NCBI GenBank assembly: GCA_050613775.1 | Contig: JBODTK010000108.1 | Location: forward strand, 62,001-126,000 | Reading direction: 5' to 3' | DNA from: Neocallimastix sp. 'constans' | Lineage: Eukaryota | DNA: 64,000 bases | Part shown: piece after piece, positions 54,787 to 64,000 of the stretch | How positions within the stretch are numbered: the stretch's first letter is position 1 | How the letters are laid out: each line of letters starts with the position of its first letter | Position numbers and translations under genes: made by a program | Notes under the pieces: generated by a model | Databases searched by the model: none | Seen by the model: the letters and a program-made list of their open reading frames with translations, nothing else | Told to the model about the DNA's origin: nothing

Positions 54787-56091
54787 ATGAAAAATAAAGT
54801 GCTAGATTCAATTGTAAAAATTGCAGGATGTGGAATTCCCATTTTTTGGGCAGGGGTTATATCCTTTGGATATCCTGGTGTGATGAGTTCATATTGGCAA
54901 GAGAAATTTCATGTTGGTAATACCGAAACGGGTTTAGTGTTAACCTTTATGTTACTTGCATTGGCTCTCGTCATGTTCTTTACTGGAAGAATTCATGCCA
55001 AAATTGGCATGGCCTATTGTATTTTGATTGGTACCGCATTTTATTTAATCGCTTTTATTATTTTATATTTTGCAAAAAGTATTTATTGGGTTTATGTTTG
55101 GGCTTTCACAGTCAACCTAGGTTGTAGTTTTGTTTATGGACCAGGACTTACCACGGTTCAACAAGCTTTTCCTACAAGAAAAGGTCTAGTGAGCGGTATC
55201 ATAAATTTATTATTTGGAATATCTGCTGCAGCTTTATCTCCCATTTTAAATGCTTTATTAAATCATCAAGGATATAATTTTGTTAATCTATTGACAATAT
55301 CTATCATGGTTATATCCAATATGGTAGCCTTTTTGTTGGTAAAAATTTATATAAGGGAGGATAATCGAAGTCAACAGAAGGCAAATTCACTTCATGATAT
55401 GACGGTGAAGGAATCCTTAAAAACAAAAGAATTTTGGTTAATATGGTTTGTATGGATATTTATGGGTGCCTCCGGTATTTCCATGATTACTCTTTCCAAA
55501 AGTTATGCTACCGAGATCGGAAAACCAGGAGTCAGTATTCTTACCACCTTTAATTTAGCCAATGGACTCTTTCGTATTGTGGTGGGGTGGCTCTCAGATA
55601 AAATAGGGGCCAGAATAACCGGTGCACTTGCCTTCTTTTTAACCACCATAGGCTATTTAGTTATGCCTCATACCTCTAATCTTCTGATTGTTTGCATCGG
55701 AACCATTGGTGTCGGTATCGGGTTTGGAGCCCTCTTTACCATATCAGGACCGTTAGCAGCAGATATTTTTGGATTAACCAATTTTGGTATGATCTATGGT
55801 ATTATTTTTACAGCCTATGGGCTGGTAGCAGGAGTTGTAGGACCAGCGATTTCAGGAATGATACTAGAAAAGACGAATAATAACTATACTATTGTATTTT
55901 CCTATCTAGGTGGCATGGCCTTCCTAGGAACCCTATTAATCTATTGTATCAATGATAAAAAACGAAAAACCGATACAAATAATACGGATACACCTGAAAT
56001 GAAAAAATCAGAAACAGAAAAGAAAGACATTAATGATAATGATTCAATAATGGTAGAAATAGAATGTCAACTGAATCCATCACTTAAATAA
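54787..56091 (+). CDS. MFS transporter, oxalate:formate antiporter (OFA) / monocarboxylate-like, bacterial type, 434 aa
   Basis: An intronless ORF with about 12 hydrophobic segments. MFS motif-A-like GRIHAKIG and GWLSDKIG. OFA-typical FPTRKGLVSGI, TVKESLKTKEFWLIW, FNLANGLFRI and ADIFGLTNFGMIYGIIFTAYG. Confidence 0.9.
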   Translation: MKNKVLDSIVKIAGCGIPIFWAGVISFGYPGVMSSYWQEKFHVGNTETGLVLTFMLLALALVMFFTGRIHAKIGMAYCILIGTAFYLIAFIILYFAKSIYWVYVWAFTVNLGCSFVYGPGLTTVQQAFPTRKGLVSGIINLLFGISAAALSPILNALLNHQGYNFVNLLTISIMVISNMVAFLLVKIYIREDNRSQQKANSLHDMTVKESLKTKEFWLIWFVWIFMGASGISMITLSKSYATEIGKPGVSILTTFNLANGLFRIVVGWLSDKIGARITGALAFFLTTIGYLVMPHTSNLLIVCIGTIGVGIGFGALFTISGPLAADIFGLTNFGMIYGIIFTAYGLVAGVVGPAISGMILEKTNNNYTIVFSYLGGMAFLGTLLIYCINDKKRKTDTNNTDTPEMKKSETEKKDINDNDSIMVEIECQLNPSLK

Positions 56092-56175
56092 GATATCCAA
56101 ATTTACAATTAAAATAACAACAATACGATTAATAATTATATATATATATATATAGGTATATATATAAAAAGTATT

Positions 56176-56206
<31 letters not shown>

Positions 56207-56359
56207 CCTAAATAATATATTAAAATATTAAAAAATATACCATAAAATAATAATTTATAACATATATCAAATTTAGTTTTTTTTTTTATTTATCACAATA
56301 TTTATTTTATTTAAATAATTTATTCATTTTTTATTTAACGATAAAGAAAAAAAAAATAA

Positions 56360-56423
<64 letters not shown>

Positions 56424-56699
56424 GAAATGGAAATGAAAATACATTTTTAGTAGAAACACAAATAAAAAAAAAAAAAAAAATTTTTTTTTTTTTAGAAATG
56501 ATATCTATTCAATTATTTCTTACATATTTATTTATATATTTTTATATCTACAAAAAAAAAAAACATGTTAATAATGAGCACAAAAATATATGATATTAAT
56601 ATAATAACTTTAAATTTAAAATATAGAAATTTAAAGTTGAAAAACAAATGTTAATAAAAAACAAATTTATCATATATTTGATACCTTAATTTATTTATT

Positions 56700-56746
<47 letters not shown>

Positions 56747-56874
56747 TAAGAATTAAAATAATAAATATTTTAAAAAAAAAAATTATTCAAATATCATATA
56801 TAAATCATATATATATATATAAATCAATTTATGTGTATTCATTATAATTAAATAAACCTTTTAGTAATTAAGTT

Positions 56875-56926
<52 letters not shown>

Positions 56927-57065
56927 TTGATGTAATTAATTAGAGATTAAAGAAATTTGGTTAAAAAATTACAATATAATAAAAACAAAAAACACTCTTA
57001 ATACCCAACTATTCATGTACAAAAAAAAAAAAGAAAAGGAATTTTATTTTTATAAAAAATGATTA

Positions 57066-57118
57066 TGAGAAGTATTAACATTTTGCAAAGTTGCAATTTC
57101 GGAACATATGGCATTAAG
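57066..57118 (+). mobile_element. Solo copy of the MULE-type TIR motif
   Basis: cattttgcaaagttgcaatttcggaacatatggcatt resembles 52888-52923 (cattttgcaaagttacattttagataatgtggcgtt) in the same orientation. Confidence 0.5.
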
Positions 57119-57875
57119 ATCATAAATTAACATTTATTACATTAGTGTAATCATTTCACAAAGAATTTATTTTATTTTATTTTATTTTATAAAAGTTTAT
57201 TAATTTTTGTAATACATAATAATTTATTACTATTCATATTTAGTTTTTTTTTTTTTTTTTTTGTTTTTATAAATAATTTTTTTATATATATATATATATT
57301 ACAAATTAATTAAATGCTTTTTTTATATTATAAATTAATTAAATCATTTTAATATATCATTAAAAAATATTTAAACTAAATTTATTTTATTTTTACATCA
57401 TCAAACTTTTAAAATTCTTTTTCTTTTATATTTTTTGCACATGAACAGTAGTATTTAAAAGAGTTTTTAATTATTTAGCATATATATTTATTTAATAATT
57501 AAATATTTTAATAAATAATTATAAAATAATTATTAAAAAAAAAAAATGTAAAATGATTCATAAAAAAAAAAAAATTAAAAATTAAAAATACTAATTAAAA
57601 ATATTATAAAAATACTATGAAAGATATTTAGCCTATTTTTATTTTTTATTTTTTAACTTTTATTTTTTTTTTTTTTTTAAATTTTTTAAATTTTTTTAAT
57701 TTTTATAATATTATTAATTTTTTTATTTTAGTTTTTTTTTTTTTTTTTTTATTTTATTTATTTATTTATTTATTTATTTTTTTTTATTTTAAATATTGGT
57801 TGTTTGTATTTACTTAAAAATATTATAAAAAAAAATATACTTATATACTTAGTAGCTTTTTTAATTTTAATTAAT

Positions 57876-57910
<35 letters not shown>

Positions 57911-58101
57911 CTAAAACTTCTATTCTTCCATTAAAAAGTTTAATTTTTTTTTGGGGACAGCTTTCAATTAAAAATATCCATAAAAACAGGTGTAAATAAA
58001 TACATGCATTCATATTTACAAATTATATATATTGTTGGTGTAAAAAATAAACAAAAAAATTAATAATAAATTATATCATTTAGGAACGTGCAAACGAATT
58101 G

Positions 58102-58154
<53 letters not shown>

Positions 58155-58362
58155 TTAATAAATTTTAAACATTGAATGATCATATAAGAATAAGAATAAG
58201 AAATAATAATTTTTTTTTAAATGGAACTTTAAAAATAAAAATTAAAAAAAAAATTCATAGAAAATATCTATATTGTTGTTCAAAGATTCTTTTTTTTTTT
58301 TTATTTGTTTTTTCATTTTATAGTTTTGGTTATTTTTTATTTATATATATAAAGAAAAAGTA

Positions 58363-58400
<38 letters not shown>

Positions 58401-58438
58401 CATATAATTAATATAATCATGAAAAATAAAAAAGAAAT

Positions 58439-60838
58439 ATGTTTAAAAAAATTAAAGGATTACACTACAAGAAAAAGATAACACAATTTATATTGAAAGA
58501 TGATATTCAAGGACTTAAGCATTACCTAAAAAGAAAGAAAATTGTATCCTTAATAAGAAAGGATGGAAAGGAAGGAGGAGGAACTGGAATAAATAAGAAG
58601 AGTCTCTTAGTGTATTCAATTAAGCAGAATGCCTCTACTAAAATGATACAATCTATTCTTAATGTTAGTCATTTTGAAACTTTAAATTTTGGTGATCACG
58701 CCTATAATTCTCCACTATATTATGCCGTTTTAAAAGGAAATTTTAAATTAGCAGATTTATTGATTAAAGAAGGAGCAGACATTAATTATAAGCAATGTGA
58801 TATTGAGGAAAAGGAACAAAAGAAATTTTTTAAGTATTTATATTATGAAAAAAAAACATGGGGTTGTTTTAAGAAATCCTTAACATATATGTTGAGTCAA
58901 GGGTTTACAATGAATCCAATGAATCTTCAATTATTAATAACTAATAAAAAAGCGTATAGCAATAGGACATTAGAAGCCATTCTTCAATATTACTATAGGT
59001 ATGATAAACATTGTATTATAGATTTACTTTTAATACAGCGAACAGGAAGAGCCTTAACCAATGAGCAACTCAAAGACATTCTATCATCATATGAAAAGAC
59101 CAAACTAGAAATAAGTGATGCCATGTATGAAATGGCGATCTATCGGAAAAACTATGAAGCCCTATGTAACCTCTATAAATATGGTACCTTATCAAAAAAT
59201 TTTAACATCGGTTATATTTTTGGAATATTGGAGTCCTTTGACCTACGAAATAAGACACAACGAAAAAGGGAATTTATTCAATGGATAGAACGTCATACAT
59301 TAAATTTATCACTAACCGCTCAAGAATTGAAAACGCTTGAGCATACGGAGAAAATAAGAGCGGATTTACAAAGCATTATTTTAAGTGAGGATCTTGATCA
59401 ACTACAGAGCTATATCATGAACAATAAAATTTCGATAGCCTCTCTTAATCATAGAGAATACGATATATTAATTCATACCATTGAAAATAAAGGGACTGCC
59501 ATTGAAATTATAAATTATTTAATGAGTTTCTATCCCACCCTAAACTATTATATAGTGAAGGATGGAATAGTCTATGGCACACCACTTTCCGTTGCCATCT
59601 CTCAAAAAAATTTTACGATAGCCGATAAATTATTAAGTCAGGGAGCCGATCTAAACTATTCCATTTTAAATTTAAGTTATTTTGATGAATATGAAAATGT
59701 CTTTGATTTTTTGTATCGACGTCATCATCATCTTCTCCTTCACAGTATTGAAACGATAAGATATATTTTTAATCATAGGATTCATATGACCTCTAAAATT
59801 ATGACTCATCTCATCTATGAAAATGATGTTAGGGTATTAAGGCTACTATTTAAATATTATCCTTATAACAATACATTTGTTATGGCGTTACTTTCACTCT
59901 ATCGAGACAGGAAGTCCATATCAAATCAGCGACTCTGTAGAAAAATAGAGACAGAGAAGAATAAAATCAAAATTAATCAATCCATGTATGAAAAAGCCAT
60001 CATTAATTCCTTTTATGATCTATTTATTATTTTATTAAAAAATGATCAACGAGGTTCCAGCCTTATTCTCAATGAACTGTTTGAAATCTTGAATGGAAGA
60101 GGCTATGAATATGAAAAGCAACTCTTTCGAAATTACATTAGAAATAATTTGATGGTCATCCCCATGAACAATAAAGTAAAGGAAGTATTATTGAGTAATA
60201 TGAGTAATATAGTAGAAAAAAGGGAGGAAATATTAAAAAAAATCATGAAAAATGATATTAAAGAGTTGAAAAACTACATAGAAGAAAATAATCTCCTTCT
60301 TTCCAGTATGAATAACTATGAAAATGATATTTTAATTGATAGCATTGAATACAATGCCTCCTTTGAAATGATTGAATTCATTCTTAAATATTATCGTAAC
60401 TTGAATTATATAAAAGTTGATAAACGGTATTATAAGACGCCACTTTTAATAGCACTAGCGAAAAATAATTTTAAAGTTGCTAAATTACTATTGGAACACG
60501 GAGCCTATCTAAATTATGAAATAGATAATACAAAGAATACCGTTTTCTATCATTTATGTCAATATCAATGGATTAATCGAAAAAACCTAGTATTTTCTAT
60601 TCATCATGGAGCAGAAATTACATTTTATGCCATCAATCTATTGATGCAACATAATTGTACAGATTTACTTCAACTAATCTATAGACATTATGTATTTAAT
60701 AATCATTTCATAATTAAAATTCTCACCATCTCTAAGAAAGGCATTCTCTTATCCAATAAAGTATGGGAAGATATAATCCATAAAGAGAAAAATAAATTAT
60801 TGATTAATGAAATGATTTTTCAGGGAAAAAAAAAATAA
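58439..60838 (+). CDS. Ankyrin-repeat protein built from about 290-aa tandem units (799 aa)
   Basis: An intronless ORF. Ankyrin motifs SPLYYAVLKGNFKLADLLIKEGADINY (58709), TPLSVAISQKNFTIADKLLSQGADLNY (59579) and TPLLIALAKNNFKVAKLLLEHGAYLNY (60437) are spaced 290 and 286 codons apart. Confidence 0.85.
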   Translation: MFKKIKGLHYKKKITQFILKDDIQGLKHYLKRKKIVSLIRKDGKEGGGTGINKKSLLVYSIKQNASTKMIQSILNVSHFETLNFGDHAYNSPLYYAVLKGNFKLADLLIKEGADINYKQCDIEEKEQKKFFKYLYYEKKTWGCFKKSLTYMLSQGFTMNPMNLQLLITNKKAYSNRTLEAILQYYYRYDKHCIIDLLLIQRTGRALTNEQLKDILSSYEKTKLEISDAMYEMAIYRKNYEALCNLYKYGTLSKNFNIGYIFGILESFDLRNKTQRKREFIQWIERHTLNLSLTAQELKTLEHTEKIRADLQSIILSEDLDQLQSYIMNNKISIASLNHREYDILIHTIENKGTAIEIINYLMSFYPTLNYYIVKDGIVYGTPLSVAISQKNFTIADKLLSQGADLNYSILNLSYFDEYENVFDFLYRRHHHLLLHSIETIRYIFNHRIHMTSKIMTHLIYENDVRVLRLLFKYYPYNNTFVMALLSLYRDRKSISNQRLCRKIETEKNKIKINQSMYEKAIINSFYDLFIILLKNDQRGSSLILNELFEILNGRGYEYEKQLFRNYIRNNLMVIPMNNKVKEVLLSNMSNIVEKREEILKKIMKNDIKELKNYIEENNLLLSSMNNYENDILIDSIEYNASFEMIEFILKYYRNLNYIKVDKRYYKTPLLIALAKNNFKVAKLLLEHGAYLNYEIDNTKNTVFYHLCQYQWINRKNLVFSIHHGAEITFYAINLLMQHNCTDLLQLIYRHYVFNNHFIIKILTISKKGILLSNKVWEDIIHKEKNKLLINEMIFQGKKK

Positions 60839-62194
60839 TTAAATAAAATAAAATAAGAAATTATTGATAGAGTAGTATTAAAAATTAAAAAATAATAAAA
60901 AAAAATTCCATAAAACTATTTACTATCGTATGAACAAATATTATATATTTATATAATATTATGATTAATAATAGTTTTATATATATAATAATAAATGTTT
61001 ATGTTCTTTCTATATATATACATGTATATATATTTTTTTAAAATTTGTATTCTATCTCTAATTACTTTTTACTTTCGCAAATAGAAACAGCAACATAAAA
61101 TTTATTTAAAATATTTAAAAATTATTTAAAAAATAAAAAAATGAAAATAAAAAATATTTAAATAGTATTATAAATAATTTAATATTTAAATAAAAACTTG
61201 TCTAATATAATAGGCAAATGCCATTGTCATGAATTTTCATGTATAGTAAAATCATTACTTTTTTTATTTTTTTTTTTTTTTTATATTATAAATTCATATT
61301 TAAGTATAACTATAATTTAATTATAATGACAACCTATTTATGAATTTTCATATGAATTAAAATTAAAAAAAAATTAAAAATAAAAATAAAAATAAATAAA
61401 AAAAAATAAAAAATATATATATATGAGTAATTTTAATTAATTTTAAATAGGTTTATGAACAATATTTGAATAAAATAAGATAAAATATAAAAAATAATAA
61501 AAATAAAAAAGGCATATACAGATTAATTAATGCAAGCAAAAAATTAATTTTATAAAATTAATTTTTTAATATTAATTCTTAATATTTAGATAATATAATA
61601 TTTAATTTAAATAATCATGTAATTATTATTATTATTGTTATTAATTATTATTATTAATTATCATTATTATTAATTATTATTATTAATTTTTATTATTAGC
61701 AACAAATTAATTTTAAAAAATGCAATTATTATTATTATATAGATAGGATAAATTCAATAAAAAAAAATACTTTTACATATTTATTTTATTTTTTATTTTA
61801 TTATTTTCGAATTATCTATTAATTATTTAAAAATTAAACAAAAAGTTAAAACTTTTTTTTTTTATTATTATTTTCATTTTTCAGATTATTAAAAATAAAA
61901 TAAATAAAAATTGAAATTAAAAAAATCAAAATATGAGAATAATTTTAATAATAATAATAATTATTATTATCATTAATGATAGCAATAATCTAATTAATAA
62001 AAAAAATAAAAATAAAATCAGGACTACAAAGATAGGATACATTCCATAAAAATATATCTATAATTTTATAATTTATATTGAATAATTTCATGATTTACAT
62101 TATTATTTTTATTATTAATATTATTATTATTATTTATTATTAATTATTAATAATTAATTATTATTATTCAATTAAAAAATAAAAATTTTATTGA

Positions 62195-62321
62195 TTCATA
62201 TTTATACATTTATTTATTTATACATTTATTTATTTATACTTTTATTTATTTATACATTTATTTATTTATACATTTATTTATTTATATTTTTATTTATTTA
62301 TACATTTATTTATTTATACAT

Positions 62322-62376
<55 letters not shown>

Positions 62377-62378
62377 TA
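62195..62378 (+). repeat. (TTTA)n / (TTTATACA) simple repeat
   Basis: Directly visible. It is the source of the spurious ORF 62191-62394. Confidence 0.85.
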
Positions 62379-62576
62379 TATTAAAATTTATTGAAGCATT
62401 TATAATTGATTTTATCAAGGTAACATAAAAAAAACTTCACACCTATGCAAATATATTATTTAAAAGAATATTAATATATTATTAAAATATGAATCTTAAT
62501 ATAAACAATATAGATGATATTAATACTTCTATCATATGATAAATAATAAAATGCTTATAAATTATAAATAATTGAA

Positions 62577-63058
62577 TAATAAATAATAAATAATAAATAA
62601 TAAATAATAAATAATAAATAATTAAATAAAAAATAATAAATAATAAGTAATAAATAATAAATAATAAATAATAAATAATAAATAATAAATAATAAATAAT
62701 AAATAATAAATAATAAATAATAAATAATAAATAATAAATAATAAATAATAAATAATAAATAATAAATAATAAATAATAAATAATAAATAATAAATAATAA
62801 ATAATAAATAATAAATAATAAATAATAAATAATAAATAATAAATAATAAATAATAAATAATAAATAATAAATAATAAATAATAAATAATAAATAATAAAT
62901 AATAAGTAATAAATAATAAATAATAAATAATAAATAATAAATAATAAATAATAAATAATAAATAATAAATAAAAATAATAAAAAATAAATAATAAATAAT
63001 AAATAATAAATAATAAATAATAAATAATAAATAATAAATAATAAATAATAAATAATAA
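62577..63058 (+). repeat. (TAAATAA)n heptamer satellite, about 480 nt
   Basis: A near-perfect 7-mer array. Confidence 0.95.
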
Positions 63059-63486
63059 GAGTATTTATTAATAAATAATAAATAAAAAAATATATAATTA
63101 AATTAATATTAATAATAAACTTCCGACAATAACATTATTTTATAATAAATAAACTTTATAATAAAATTAACAAAAAAATTTTTTTTTGAATTTTAAAAAA
63201 TAATAAAATTAAAAAATATGCTTTCAATTAAATTTGTGTAACTTTGATAAATTTGGAAATAAATATAAAAAAATTATATATATAAAAATTCTTTAATTTT
63301 TTTTTTGAATAATTTAAAATATACAAGGAACATATATTGAATTATATATGATATATATGAATATCGAATTATCAACATATAAATTCATTTTATTAACATA
63401 GAATTTAATTAATTCACTACAAAGTAATAAAATTAAATGCAAATAAATAAAAATTAGATATTCTATTTATAATAAACAGAGATAAT

Positions 63487-63692
63487 CTATTCTATTTCAT
63501 TATATTCTATTATATATTTACTTATATTCTATTCTATTTCATTATATTCTATTATATATTTACTTATATAATATTCAATTTCATTATATTCTATTATATA
63601 TTTATTTATATTCTATTATATATTTACTTATATAATATTCTATTTCATTATATTCTATTTCATTATATTCAATTTCATTGCATTCTATTCTA
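63487..63692 (+). repeat. Degenerate minisatellite of tattctatttcatta / tattctattatatatttactta units
   Basis: The units recur several times in tandem. Confidence 0.75.
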
Positions 63693-63861
63693 ATGTATTA
63701 TAGTTTATGCCTAGTTTTTATTGTCTGTTTCAATAATTCATGAATAAATAGAATAGAATAAATATAAAAAAAAAAAAAAAAATAGGAGTTAAAAATTCAA
63801 AAAAAAAAAAAAAAAAAAAGATTAATTAAATTAAAAATAAAGTATAGATATCTAAAAATTT

Positions 63862-63895
<34 letters not shown>

Positions 63896-64000
63896 ATATA
63901 TATAATATATAATATATAAAAAAAAATAAAAATAAATAAAAATAAAAATAAAAAAAAAAAAAAAATAGGAGGAATATATGCTCAATAATATACAGAAATT

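Noticed and set aside
54306..57118. MFS gene carried inside a TIR pair as transposon cargo
   Set aside because: Judged from the element at 52862-53880, these two TIR copies point away from the gene (a right end on its left and a left end on its right), so they do not enclose it. No TSD was found.

Overview
Extremely AT-rich, intron-rich eukaryotic DNA with long poly(A/T), (AAT)n and (TTTA)n tracts. Fungal CBM10-type dockerins, flagellar genes, a bacterial-type intronless gene and the transposon relics together point to an anaerobic gut fungus (Neocallimastigomycota). This assignment is inferred from content, not from a database search. From left to right: decayed non-LTR retrotransposon pieces, one with the RT deleted in frame; a 9-exon secreted GH45 subfamily-C-like (PcCel45A-type) endoglucanase with 3 dockerins plus CBM1; a small Cys-rich orphan ORF; IFT52; a DAO-family FAD oxidoreductase; a COP1/RFWD2-type RING-WD40 E3 ligase; a divergent Cdc42 paralog; SPEF2; a 4-exon orphan gene; a Mutator-like transposon relic whose duplicated end brackets a GC-rich hairpin-rich island containing CTAACCCTAA; an intronless OFA-family MFS transporter (probable HGT); and an intronless ankyrin macro-repeat protein. 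Gene models were spliced by hand at GT-AG sites, and family calls come from recalled motifs. Most short ORFs in the supplied track are low-complexity artefacts.
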